NCBI GenBank assembly: GCA_903860985.1
Contig: CAIOSO010000149.1
Coordinates: 236-64,235 of the forward strand
Length of the DNA stretch: 64,000 nucleotides
From: an uncultured Flavobacteriales bacterium
GTDB lineage: Bacteria > Bacteroidota > Bacteroidia > Flavobacteriales_D > Crocinitomicaceae
Direction: 5' to 3'
The position numbers and the translations under genes are program-made. The notes below the pieces were generated by a model that was not told where the DNA came from, searched no databases, and worked only from the letters and a program-made list of their open reading frames with translations. Shown in pieces: positions 40,751 through 50,181 of the stretch; position 1 is the stretch's first letter, and every line of letters begins with the position of its first letter.

Positions 40751-41275
40751 TTATCTTTTTTCTATACGGTCTTTTAAGTATGCCCTTGCTCTTAAATACT
40801 GTGATTTTGAGGTGCTTTCTGTGACGCCTAATTCTTTGGCTATTTCTTGATGAGAAAAACCTTCAATGGCAAACATATTGAATACAACGCGGTACCCATC
40901 TGGCATCGACTGGATGAGCTTCATCAAATCATCCGCCATCAATTTTTCGGCTATGAATTCATGTTGTTCAATTCGATAGGAGACCTCCTCTACTTGAATT
41001 TCTTTGAGAAATTTTTGATCTTTTCTCAATTGATCTAAGCAGGTATTCACCACAATGCGTCGAATCCAACCCTCAAAAACCCCTTCGAATTTATATTCAG
41101 GAAGTTTTGAGTAGATTTTTACCAATGCATCTTGGAGCACATCTTCCGCACGCATTTTGTCTTTTACATAACGCATGCAAACGGATAACATTTTTGGGGC
41201 AAACATGTCAAACAACGCTTTTTGAGCCCTTGGATTCCCATCAATACACTGTTTTATTAATGTAACTTCCTCCAT
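40751..41275 (-). CDS. ECF-type RNA polymerase sigma-70 family factor
   Basis: Region 2 (DVLQDALVKIY...FEGWIRRIVVN) and region 4 (FSHQEIAKELGVTESTSKSQYLRA). ATG 41275 (MEEVTLIKQC...) is preferred; the ORF is open to 41323. Confidence 0.88.
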   Translation of the reverse strand: MEEVTLIKQCIDGNPRAQKALFDMFAPKMLSVCMRYVKDKMRAEDVLQDALVKIYSKLPEYKFEGVFEGWIRRIVVNTCLDQLRKDQKFLKEIQVEEVSYRIEQHEFIAEKLMADDLMKLIQSMPDGYRVVFNMFAIEGFSHQEIAKELGVTESTSKSQYLRARAYLKDRIEKR

Positions 41276-41372
41276 GCTCAGGTTCTTTGACTGCTTTTGT
41301 TCTGAAATAGTTGCACAGTGCAATTAAATTCCTACGAATTAACGTATTTTCGTTTGGTAAAACAAATGGAAT

Positions 41373-42590
41373 ATGACCTATAAGATTCTTTTTCTCCTAC
41401 TTTTAATAAGTAATCTTACCTTTTCTAGATCGAATTTGAAAGATGGTCTATGGCGCGGACAACTAGCCATGAATGACCGATTGATGATTCCTTTTCAACT
41501 GAAGGTGACCAATCATGGAAAACACATTTTTGTCCTGAATGGCGAGGAAGAAATGACAATGTCTGTCCATCAAAAAAGAGACTCCGTCTTTTTACAGTTC
41601 CCTTTTCAAGATGCGATCGTTGTTTTCCGTGTAGACCAAAATGAAATCACTGCAAGAGGATATTGGTTAAACCGTAACAAAAAAATACAGACGAAAATTC
41701 CATTGACACTTTCGTGGGGAATAGAAAAACGATTCGATGTGGTGGAAACAAAACCAATGGATGAAGTCTTTAATGGCATTTGGAGCGTAACCTTTCAACC
41801 AGGAACGAAAGACGCTGAACAAGCAGTCGGAATTTTCAAATGTGGGGATGCTTCACGAATTACAGGGACCTTTTTAACGGAAACAGGGGATTACCGCTAT
41901 TTGGATGGAAATCGCTCGGGACTAAATTTCTCTATGTCTACCTTCAATGGTTCGTGGGCAATGCTTTTCGACGCTACATTAGATGAAGATACGTTAAAAG
42001 GAAAATTTTACAGTGGGTTTTCTTATGTAACAGATTGGATAGCAGTTCGTAATCCCGACGCAAAACTTAGAAATGAAGCGTCATTAACATATGTGGTCAA
42101 TGACCAAAAAGTCAACACCACAGAAATGATTCAATTAAATGGAAAATCCTTTTCGTTTAAACCAGACGAGGGGAAAGTTGTCGTATTGCAAATCATGGGT
42201 ACGTGGTGTCCGAATTGTCTGGATGAGGTTGCATTCATGAATCAATTATACAAAAGTTATGCGCAATTTGGATTAGAAATTATCGCCTTGGCTTATGAAG
42301 TGGGGACAGATGAAAAACAAACACGTAAAAAATTAAAAGCGTTCAAGAAAAAAATCGGAATGGAATACGATATTGTTTTGGCTGGAAAGTCCTCAAAAGA
42401 AGTCGCTTCCACCCAATTTCCTATGTTAAATGGAATCATGAGTTTTCCAACGACGGTCATTATTGGCAAAGGGGGAAAAGTGCTGCATGTGCACACGGGA
42501 TATAGCGGTCCAGCAACAGGGATCGCCCACAAAGAACTTACTGATAAAATTCAATTGGAAGTTGAAATGGCATTGGACTTATTAAAATAA
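41373..42590 (+). CDS. Thioredoxin-fold protein (TlpA/AhpC-TSA-like C-terminal domain, WCPNC) with an unrecognised ~260-aa N-terminal domain
   Basis: Signal peptide. C-terminal VVVLQIMGTWCPNCLDE redox motif. Confidence 0.75.
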   Translation: MTYKILFLLLLISNLTFSRSNLKDGLWRGQLAMNDRLMIPFQLKVTNHGKHIFVLNGEEEMTMSVHQKRDSVFLQFPFQDAIVVFRVDQNEITARGYWLNRNKKIQTKIPLTLSWGIEKRFDVVETKPMDEVFNGIWSVTFQPGTKDAEQAVGIFKCGDASRITGTFLTETGDYRYLDGNRSGLNFSMSTFNGSWAMLFDATLDEDTLKGKFYSGFSYVTDWIAVRNPDAKLRNEASLTYVVNDQKVNTTEMIQLNGKSFSFKPDEGKVVVLQIMGTWCPNCLDEVAFMNQLYKSYAQFGLEIIALAYEVGTDEKQTRKKLKAFKKKIGMEYDIVLAGKSSKEVASTQFPMLNGIMSFPTTVIIGKGGKVLHVHTGYSGPATGIAHKELTDKIQLEVEMALDLLK

Positions 42591-42609
42591 ATCCTCACAG
42601 AAATAAAAA

Positions 42610-42633
42610 AGGGCTGTTTTCACAGCCCTTTTT
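42610..42633. terminator. Bidirectional rho-independent terminator between the convergent thioredoxin-fold gene and mreB
   Basis: GGGCTG-TTTTCA-CAGCCC hairpin flanked by AAAAAA and TTTTTT. Confidence 0.8.
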
Positions 42634-42651
42634 TATGTTGTATTGTTCTTA

Positions 42652-43677
42652 TTAATCTCTAATCAAGAACTGGTATTTATCGATGTTTTTCAAGGCAATG
42701 CTTGTTCCTCTGGCAACTGCGCGGAGTGGGTCTTCAGCAATATGCACCGGTAGTTTGGTTTTTGCTGAAATTCGCTTATCCAAACCTCTTAACATGGAGC
42801 CTCCACCTGCTAAATAAATACCTGTTTTGTAGATATCAGCTGAAAGTTCAGGTGGGGTTAATTCCAAAGCACTTAAAATAGCCTCTTCAATTTTTGAAAT
42901 GGTCTTGTCTAATGCATGAGCAATTTCCACGTATGAAACCATGATTTCTTTTGGAATCCCGGTCATCAAATCTCGTCCTCTAACGGCAAAGTCTGGCGGT
43001 GGATTGTCAAGTTCGGGTAAAGCTGCTCCTACTTCAATTTTAATTTGTTCTGCTGTTCGCTCACCAACAAGAATGTTGTGTTGACGACGCATGTACTCTT
43101 CAATGTCACTTGTAAAGTCATCACCGGCGATACGAATGGATTTATCACAAACAATTCCACCTAATGCGATGACCGCAATCTCGGATGTACCACCACCGAT
43201 ATCGATGATCATATTTCCCATTGGTTCTTCTACGTCGATTCCGATTCCAATAGCTGCGGCCATTGGTTCATGAATCAAATACACTTCTTTTGCTCCAGCG
43301 TGTTCTGCGGAGTCACGTACTGCTCGTTTCTCAACCTCTGTAATCCCTGATGGAATACAAATCACCATACGAAGTGTTGGGTTGAAAAGGCTTTTTCCAG
43401 GATTGATCATTTTGATCATTCCACGAATCATTTGTTCCGCGCTTTGGAAATCAGCAATTACACCATCTTTCAATGGCCGTACTGTTTCAATCAACTTATG
43501 TGTCTTTCCGTGCATTTGTTGCGCCTTTCGTCCAATGGCAACTACTTTGCCTGTTTGAATGTCTTTAGCTACAATGGACGGCTCGTCAACCACCACCTTG
43601 TCATTCCAGATGATAAGTGTGTTTGCTGTTCCTAAGTCAATCGCAATTTCTTGCGTCAAAAAACTGAAAAATTTCAT
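42652..43677 (-). CDS. mreB: Rod shape-determining protein MreB
   Basis: 341 aa. IAIDLGTANT...DIGGGTSEIAV...AGGGSMLRGLD actin-fold motifs. Confidence 0.96.
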   Translation of the reverse strand: MKFFSFLTQEIAIDLGTANTLIIWNDKVVVDEPSIVAKDIQTGKVVAIGRKAQQMHGKTHKLIETVRPLKDGVIADFQSAEQMIRGMIKMINPGKSLFNPTLRMVICIPSGITEVEKRAVRDSAEHAGAKEVYLIHEPMAAAIGIGIDVEEPMGNMIIDIGGGTSEIAVIALGGIVCDKSIRIAGDDFTSDIEEYMRRQHNILVGERTAEQIKIEVGAALPELDNPPPDFAVRGRDLMTGIPKEIMVSYVEIAHALDKTISKIEEAILSALELTPPELSADIYKTGIYLAGGGSMLRGLDKRISAKTKLPVHIAEDPLRAVARGTSIALKNIDKYQFLIRD

Positions 43678-43755
43678 GTTGAGTCCAACTAGTGATTAAG
43701 TTGTTCCTTTTTCGAGATATTCGAAGAAAAGGTTACAATTTAATGTAAATATATG

Positions 43756-43763
43756 CAAAGTTA
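43756..43763 (-). promoter_or_regulatory. Candidate -7 promoter box (TAACTTTG) for mreB
   Basis: Exact TAnnTTTG on the minus strand, overlapping the purH stop codon, about 79 nt upstream of the mreB ATG. Confidence 0.3.
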
Positions 43764-45290
43764 ATGTTTAAAGTGGCGCACTCCCGTAAATACCATGCGC
43801 ATTCCGTGTTTATTGCAATAATCGATGGAAAGTTCATCTTTAACAGAACCACCTGGTTGAATTACAGCATCAATGCCTTCCAAATGTGCAATTTCAACAC
43901 AATCCGGAAAAGGAAAAAAAGCATCACTCGCCATGGCTGCACCTCTTAAATCGAAGCCAAAGGTTTTTGCTTTGTGAATGGCTTGATTTAATGCGTCAAC
44001 ACGTGAAGTTTGACCAGTCCCACTGGCTAATAATTGCCCGTTTTTCGCTAAAATTATGGTATTGGATTTCGTATGTTTTACCAATTTATTAGCAAACAAT
44101 AAATCAGCGATTTCTTGTTCACTTGGCGCATTGGTTGTTTTAACAACCAAATCTTCCTTCGTTTCCGATTTCGCGTCTCTGTCTTGAACAAGAACACCAT
44201 TTAATATAGATCGAACTTGTTGTTGGGGTAATGCCGTTTCTTTTTGAACAAGAATGATGCGATTCTTTTTGCTTTTTAATACTTCCAAGGCCTCTTCATC
44301 ATAGGCTGGCGCAATTAATACTTCACAGAAAAGCTCATTAATCAAACTCGCTGTAGCTAAATCAATGCGTTGATTGGAAATTAAAATTCCACCAAAGGCA
44401 CTCACTGGATCAGCGGCTAAGGCGACTTCGTATGCTTCTTTTAAGGTTGGACGTGTTGCCAAGCCACAGGCATTATTGTGTTTCAAAATGCCAAAAGTGG
44501 GGCCATCATGTTGAAATTCTTGCAACAAGCAAACGGCGGCATCAACATCTAAAAGGTTATTATAGGACAGCTCCTTACCATGAAGTTTGTCAAATAAAGC
44601 TGCTAAATCCCCGAAAAACTGTCCTTTTTGATGCGGGTTTTCACCGTAACGCAAAGATTCACTTTGCTCTATGCTCAATTTTAAATAAGGGCTATTATTT
44701 TGAACGAAATAGTGATGAATCATTGTGTCGTAATGTGATGAAACATGAAAGGCTTCACCTGCAAAATGTTTTCGTTGTGACAAGTTCGTTGCTCCGTTTT
44801 GCGCGCGCAGCATTTCTAAAAAGGAAGCGTACTGTTTCACAGAAGGGATAATGACTACATCTTGGAAGTTTTTAGCAGCAGCACGAATTAAAGAAATTCC
44901 ACCGATATCAATTTTTTCAATGATGTCTTCGTCACTAGCACCCGACGAAACTGTTTCCTCAAATGGATATAAGTCAACAATTACTAGGTCTATAGATGGG
45001 ATTCCGTGTTTCAAGAGCGCATTCTGGTCTTCTTGCAAGGCACGACGATTTAAAATACCCCCAAAAACGGTTGGGTGCAAGGTTTTGACTCTTCCACCAA
45101 GAATTTCAGGGAACCCGGTTAAGTCTTCGACAGCGATAACAGGAATTCCTAATTTCTGAATAAAGGCTAATGTTCCTCCAGTCGAGTAAATGGTCACTGC
45201 GTGTTTGTGCAATTCGCGAACAATCGCGTCTAATCCGTCTTTATAATAGACTGAAATTAAGGCGCTTTCAATGTTTTTTAAGTCTGTCAT
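43761..45290 (-). CDS. purH: Bifunctional AICAR formyltransferase / IMP cyclohydrolase
   Basis: ALISVYYKDGL...GGTLAFI...GGILNRR...KHGMRMVFTGVRHFKH. ATG 45290 is preferred because the TTG at 45311 overlaps the -7 box. Confidence 0.95.
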   Translation of the reverse strand: MTDLKNIESALISVYYKDGLDAIVRELHKHAVTIYSTGGTLAFIQKLGIPVIAVEDLTGFPEILGGRVKTLHPTVFGGILNRRALQEDQNALLKHGIPSIDLVIVDLYPFEETVSSGASDEDIIEKIDIGGISLIRAAAKNFQDVVIIPSVKQYASFLEMLRAQNGATNLSQRKHFAGEAFHVSSHYDTMIHHYFVQNNSPYLKLSIEQSESLRYGENPHQKGQFFGDLAALFDKLHGKELSYNNLLDVDAAVCLLQEFQHDGPTFGILKHNNACGLATRPTLKEAYEVALAADPVSAFGGILISNQRIDLATASLINELFCEVLIAPAYDEEALEVLKSKKNRIILVQKETALPQQQVRSILNGVLVQDRDAKSETKEDLVVKTTNAPSEQEIADLLFANKLVKHTKSNTIILAKNGQLLASGTGQTSRVDALNQAIHKAKTFGFDLRGAAMASDAFFPFPDCVEIAHLEGIDAVIQPGGSVKDELSIDYCNKHGMRMVFTGVRHFKH

Positions 45291-45308
45291 GAGGTGTAAA
45301 AGAAAGCG

Positions 45309-45316
45309 CAAAATTA
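45309..45316 (-). promoter_or_regulatory. Candidate -7 promoter box (TAATTTTG) for purH
   Basis: Exact TAnnTTTG on the minus strand, 18 nt upstream of the ATG at 45290. Confidence 0.4.
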
Positions 45317-45384
45317 GTATATTTTTTTCGATTTATTGGTTAAATCGAACGATCATTTCAGAAAGCAGCAGAAATATATGTACA

Positions 45385-45411
45385 TAAAAAAACCTCGTAT
45401 GAAACGAGGTT
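45385..45411 (-). terminator. Rho-independent terminator of nrdBA, located beyond the repeat array
   Basis: AACCTCGT/ACGAGGTT 8-bp stem (45391-45411), followed in minus sense by TTTTTTT (plus-strand A-run 45385-45391). Confidence 0.8.
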
Positions 45412-45448
45412 TAGTATATTTTTCTTTCCGAAACTAGACATTATGAAT

Positions 45449-45651
45449 CAAGCTCGTGAATTTACGTTCTGGCTATAACCGACTAGCGTCGCTGCTACCC
45501 AGAACACATTTAGCGAGACAAGCTCGTGAATTTCCGTTCTGTCTATAACCGACTAGCGTCGCTGCTATCCAGAACACATTTAGCGAGACAAGCTCGTGAA
45601 TTTCCGTTCTGTCTATAACCGACTAGCGTCGCTGCTACCCAGAACACATTT
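45449..45651. repeat. Tandem direct repeat, 70-nt period, about 2.9 copies, overlapping the nrdA stop codon
   Basis: 45451-45520, 45521-45590 and 45591-45651 align base for base (3 mismatches, then 1). The last copy contains the final 14 coding nt plus the TAG of nrdA. Confidence 0.95.
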
Positions 45652-47995
45652 CACAACTATCTGGGTTTTCAAGAGAGCAAGCAATTGCAGCAGCCTCTTC
45701 TTCCAATGATTTAGCGGAAGGCTCTTCTACAACGGTTTTTTCAACGGTAAATTTGATAGCGTCTGTTGCTGCTTTCGTGCGCAGGTAGTACATTCCGGTT
45801 TTTAATCCTTTTTCCCAACCATAGAAGTGCATAGAAGTTAATTTACCAAAGTTTGCGTTTTCCATGAAGATATTCAAGGATTGACTTTGACAAATATACG
45901 CTCCGCGATCTGCGGCCTGATCAATAATCGCTTTTTGAGAAATCTCCCAAGCGGTTTTATATAAATCTTTTAAGCGTTGAGGAACTTCGTTGATGTTTTG
46001 AACGGAACCATTAGCTGTCATGATTTTTTGACGCATATCCTTGGTCCATAATCCTTCACGAACTAAGTCTTTTAATAAGTGTTTATTCACGATGATAAAT
46101 TCACCAGAAAGAACACGACGCGTATAAATATTTGATGTGTATGGCTCAAAACACTCATTGTTACCAAGAATTTGTGCTGTTGAAGCGGTTGGCATTGGCG
46201 CTAACAATAAAGAGTTACGCACACCATATTTTTTAACCTCTCCTTTCAAGACATCCCATTCCCAACGGTTTGATGGGGTAACTCCCCACATATCAAATTG
46301 GAAAATCCCTTTTGACACGGGAGATCCTTTGATTGTTTCATATGGACCGTCTACCTTCGCAAGGTCTTTTGATGCGGACATCGATGCGAAATAAATGGTT
46401 TCAAATACTTCACGGTTTAATGTACGCGCTTCTTCAGACTCGAATGGAAGCCCCATCATGATGTAAGCATCTGCCAATCCTTGAACACCAAGTCCGATAG
46501 GACGGTGGCGAAGATTAGAGTTTTTCGCTTCAACAACTGGATAGAAGTTCTCATCGATGATGCGATTCAAATTCAAGGTAGCTTGATAGGTTACTTCAAA
46601 TAATTTATCATGATCAAACTTCCCATCTTCCATGACATATTTTGGAAGCGCAAGAGAAGCTAAGTTACAAACAGCAACCTCATCAGGCGCGGTATATTCA
46701 ATAATCTCTGTACAAAGATTAGAGGATTTAATTGTTCCTAAATTTTGTTGATTTGATTTGGCATTCGCTGCATCTTTATACAACATGTAAGGAGTTCCTG
46801 TTTCAATTTGAGATTCAAGGATTTTAAACCAAAGATCTTGAGCTTTGATTGTTTTTCTTCCTTTCCCTTCTTTTTCGTATCTCGTATATAAGGCCTCAAA
46901 TTCTGCACTATGCGTATCGGAAAGTCCTGGACATTCGTGCGGACACATCAACGTCCATTCACCATTTTCTTTAACGCGTTTCATGAATAAATCCGGAATC
47001 CAAAGCGCATAGAATAAATCACGTGCTCGTTGTTCTTCTTTTCCGTGATTCTTTTTCAAGTCTAAGAAATCGAAGACATCCGCATGCCAAGGTTCGATGT
47101 ACATTGCGAAGGACCCTTTTCTTTTTCCTCCACCTTGATCCACGTAACGCGCCGTATCGTTGAATACACGTAGCATTGGAACGATACCATTTGACGTTCC
47201 ATTTGTTCCTTTAATGTAAGAACCTGTTGCGCGGATATCGTGAAGAGCTAAGCCAATTCCACCTGCAGATTGAGAAATTTGCGCACAAGATTTCAATGTG
47301 TCGTAAATCCCTTCAATACTATCTGATTTCATCGTAAGCAAGAAGCAAGAAGACATTTGAGGCTTAGGTGTTCCTGCGTTAAACAACGTTGGAGTCGCAT
47401 GTGTAAACCAACCCTCAGACATCAAGTTGTATGTTTTGATGGCAGAAGCAACATCTTTCTTATGGATACCAATGGCAACGCGCATCAACATTTGTTGTGG
47501 ACGCTCGGCAATTTTACCATTTAAACGCATCAAGTAAGAGCGCGACAATGTTTTAAATCCAAAATAATCGTAGCGGAAGTCGCGATCATAAATGATACTA
47601 GAGTCAAAAGCTTCTTTGTTTTCTTGGATAATTGCGTATACATCATCTGCAACCAAGGAAGCATTTTGACCTGTTTTTGGGTCGATATAATGATGTAAAT
47701 CGTCAATCACTTCAGAGAATGTTTTTTTCGTCTCCTTGTGTAAGTTCGAAACGGCAATACGTGAAGCTAACAACGCGTAATCTGGGTGATCAATCGTTTT
47801 TGCTGCGGCAACTTCTGCTGCTAGATTATCCAAGTCTGAAGTGGATACTCCATCATAGATCCCTTCGATCACTTTCATGGCAACAGCCTCTGGAGATACC
47901 AATGGATCTAATCCGTAACACATTTTAATTATACGAGCAGTGATTTTATCAAATTTCACCGTCTCTTTTCTTTCGTCTCTTTTTACTACGTACAT
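45635..47995 (-). CDS. nrdA: Class Ia ribonucleoside-diphosphate reductase alpha subunit
   Basis: 786 aa. N-terminal ATP-cone ([18 protein letters not shown]), the catalytic region NLCTEI, and a C-terminal CxxC tail (SCEMCSG). Confidence 0.96.
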   Translation of the reverse strand: MYVVKRDERKETVKFDKITARIIKMCYGLDPLVSPEAVAMKVIEGIYDGVSTSDLDNLAAEVAAAKTIDHPDYALLASRIAVSNLHKETKKTFSEVIDDLHHYIDPKTGQNASLVADDVYAIIQENKEAFDSSIIYDRDFRYDYFGFKTLSRSYLMRLNGKIAERPQQMLMRVAIGIHKKDVASAIKTYNLMSEGWFTHATPTLFNAGTPKPQMSSCFLLTMKSDSIEGIYDTLKSCAQISQSAGGIGLALHDIRATGSYIKGTNGTSNGIVPMLRVFNDTARYVDQGGGKRKGSFAMYIEPWHADVFDFLDLKKNHGKEEQRARDLFYALWIPDLFMKRVKENGEWTLMCPHECPGLSDTHSAEFEALYTRYEKEGKGRKTIKAQDLWFKILESQIETGTPYMLYKDAANAKSNQQNLGTIKSSNLCTEIIEYTAPDEVAVCNLASLALPKYVMEDGKFDHDKLFEVTYQATLNLNRIIDENFYPVVEAKNSNLRHRPIGLGVQGLADAYIMMGLPFESEEARTLNREVFETIYFASMSASKDLAKVDGPYETIKGSPVSKGIFQFDMWGVTPSNRWEWDVLKGEVKKYGVRNSLLLAPMPTASTAQILGNNECFEPYTSNIYTRRVLSGEFIIVNKHLLKDLVREGLWTKDMRQKIMTANGSVQNINEVPQRLKDLYKTAWEISQKAIIDQAADRGAYICQSQSLNIFMENANFGKLTSMHFYGWEKGLKTGMYYLRTKAATDAIKFTVEKTVVEEPSAKSLEEEAAAIACSLENPDSCEMCSG

Positions 47996-48017
47996 CTTTA
48001 CTACCGCAATTAAATAA

Positions 48018-48998
48018 TTAAAATTCTTCGTTCATGCTGAATTCTTTGTTCGCATCGCCAGACAATACACCAGCTTTTTGGTATTCACCAACGCGTTTTT
48101 CAAAGAAATTGGTTTTTCCCTGAATGGAAATCATTTCCATAAAGTCAAATGGATTTGAGGTATTGTACACGCGTTCGTTCCCCAATTCAACTAAAAGTCG
48201 ATCCGCAACAAATTCAATGTATTGTTGCATCAGATCGCTGTTCATCCCAATAAGTTTTACTGGAATGGCGTCTGTGACAAATTCTTTTTCAATTTCAACA
48301 GCGTCCATGATAATCTCACGCACCTTGTCTTTGGAAAGTTTGTTTACAAGGTGATTATTGTATAACAAACAAGCGAAGTCGCAATGTAGTCCTTCATCAC
48401 GCGAAATTAACTCATTAGAGAATGACAATCCCGGCATTAATCCGCGCTTCTTCAACCAGAAAATGGAACAAAATGACCCAGAAAAGAAAATCCCTTCCAC
48501 GGCTGCAAATGCCACTAAGCGTTCTGCGAAATCACCTTTATCAATCCATCGCAACGCCCACTCTGCTTTTTTCTTCACACAATCAAGCGTGTCGATTGCA
48601 TTGAATAAATGGGTTTTTTCTGCTGAATCTTTGATGTATGTGTCAATCAAAAGCGAATACGTCTCCGAGTGAATGTTCTCCATCGCCACTTGATTTCCGT
48701 AAAAGAATTTCGCCTCGGTGTATTGCACTTCAGACAAAAAGTTTTCCGCAAGGTTCTCATTAACGATCCCATCAGATGCTGCAAAAAATGCCAAAATGTG
48801 TTTGATGAAATGACGCTCGTCATCGTTCAATTTGTTCTCCCAATCAATTTGATCTGGAGACAAATCAATTTCTTCCGCCGTCCAAAAACTCGCCTCAGCT
48901 TTTTTATAAAAAGCCCAAATATCATCATGTTGAATTGGGAATAATACAAAACGGCTTTTGTTTTCTTCAAGAATGGGTTCGCGTAAAGGTGTTGTCAT
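48018..48998 (-). CDS. nrdB: Class Ia ribonucleotide reductase beta subunit
   Basis: 326 aa with diiron/tyrosyl ligand motifs ([38 protein letters not shown]). Confidence 0.96.
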   Translation of the reverse strand: MTTPLREPILEENKSRFVLFPIQHDDIWAFYKKAEASFWTAEEIDLSPDQIDWENKLNDDERHFIKHILAFFAASDGIVNENLAENFLSEVQYTEAKFFYGNQVAMENIHSETYSLLIDTYIKDSAEKTHLFNAIDTLDCVKKKAEWALRWIDKGDFAERLVAFAAVEGIFFSGSFCSIFWLKKRGLMPGLSFSNELISRDEGLHCDFACLLYNNHLVNKLSKDKVREIIMDAVEIEKEFVTDAIPVKLIGMNSDLMQQYIEFVADRLLVELGNERVYNTSNPFDFMEMISIQGKTNFFEKRVGEYQKAGVLSGDANKEFSMNEEF

Positions 48999-49455
48999 AA
49001 GCTGCTAAATAATTTTATAAACGAAAAAGGTTCCAAAAGAAGAATGAAAATTATTCCTCCTAAACCAGTTTTCGTTAAATTGTTTTTGTATTACTCAATC
49101 CACTTTTAACGCGTGTTAATGAAAACTTAACGTTGGCGAAATTTGAGAATACAAAAATTGTCAAAAAACCGTCTTAAATCAATTAAAGAAATTAACATTC
49201 GTAGGATGTTATTAACACCGAAAATCGCAATCCTTTCACCAACAAACCCTACAGCAATTTTCAACACTAAAAGGAAAGATATTCACATCAATAATGGATC
49301 GATTTTAATAACTATTCCTTCAAATATCATCCAATAAGTCAAATTATTTTCTTATGACATTAAGCACAATAAAGTTAGGTAGGAAATAAATTTTTCCATT
49401 CAAACAATCAATGAGTTTTTGAACACGTTAATGTTCATACCAAACCAAACCAAAG

Positions 49456-50181
49456 ATGTACTTGATAAACACGAAGATTACTTCACGAATTGAACGCTAT
49501 TTGGAGGGATTTCAACACCTCCTTTTTCCAACCACTTGTTTGCAATGTTCTCAAGAATTGTCGAGATTTGAAGCCCATATTTGTGCTTTTTGCTGGGATA
49601 AGTTGCAGCGCACCTATTTTGAATCCTACGAAGACGCAAGCGGCATGGATCAGCTTTTTTGGGGGCGGATTGAATTGACTGAAACCTTTGCTTTGTATTA
49701 TTTTGAAAAAGAAAAACCCATTCAAGAAATCTTACATGCATTGAAGTATCAATTTAAAGCGCCGCTTGGACGTCACTTCGGCGAAATCATGGGAAAGACT
49801 ATCCTGAATAGTCAAAAATATAAGCGAATCGAGGCCTTAATTCCTGTTCCAATTCATGCTCAAAAACGTTTTGTAAGAGGGTATAATCAAAGCGAATTAT
49901 TGGCTGAAGGAATAGCCAAGATCTTGGAGCTGCCCATTTTATTGGATGCCGTTGAAAAAAAATCAAACAACATGAGTCAAACCGGAAAAAACCGCTTCCT
50001 GCGCTGGGACAATGCGAGCGAGCAATTTTGCCTAGGGAAAATCCCCATTTCGTACCGTCACATTGCCCTTGTAGATGATGTGATTACCACAGGATCAACC
50101 CTAGAAGCAATGGCTCAACTATTGCGCGCAAAATACCCAGATCTTCAAATAAGTTTGTTTAGTTTCGCCATAGCAAAATGA
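49456..50181 (+). CDS. comF: ComF family protein (phosphoribosyltransferase-like)
   Basis: N-terminal Cys pairs (CLQC...CAFC) and a C-terminal PRTase motif (ALVDDVITTGSTL). Confidence 0.85.
   Translation: MYLINTKITSRIERYLEGFQHLLFPTTCLQCSQELSRFEAHICAFCWDKLQRTYFESYEDASGMDQLFWGRIELTETFALYYFEKEKPIQEILHALKYQFKAPLGRHFGEIMGKTILNSQKYKRIEALIPVPIHAQKRFVRGYNQSELLAEGIAKILELPILLDAVEKKSNNMSQTGKNRFLRWDNASEQFCLGKIPISYRHIALVDDVITTGSTLEAMAQLLRAKYPDLQISLFSFAIAK

Noticed and set aside
43706-43732. Imperfect palindrome CCTTTTTCGAGATATTCGAAGAAAAGG between purH and mreB as a terminator
   Set aside because: No T-run follows it on the minus strand. It may be a leader structure of mreB, but the support is too weak to annotate.
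45314-45423. 13-nt direct repeat TTAGTATATTTTT at 45314-45326 and 45411-45423 as boundaries of an inserted element
   Set aside because: It is short and AT-rich. One copy is part of the purH promoter box region and the other abuts the nrd terminator. There are no terminal inverted repeats and no coding capacity between them, so chance is the likely explanation.
45449-45652. Could the 70-nt repeats be a CRISPR array?
   Set aside because: The units abut with no unique spacers, the whole 70 nt repeats, there are only ~2.9 copies, no cas genes are in the window, and one copy is part of the nrdA coding sequence.
49143-49337. 64-aa ORF in the nrdB-comF intergenic region
   Set aside because: It has a non-ATG start, a low-complexity Lys/Ile/Asn-rich translation expected from AT-rich noncoding DNA, and no promoter box or terminator around it.
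48999-49455. Cobalamin riboswitch or NrdR boxes upstream of nrdB
   Set aside because: I could find no B12-box-like GC-rich core and no acaCwAtATaTwGtgt-type NrdR box on either strand. The region is too AT-rich and unstructured for a B12 aptamer.
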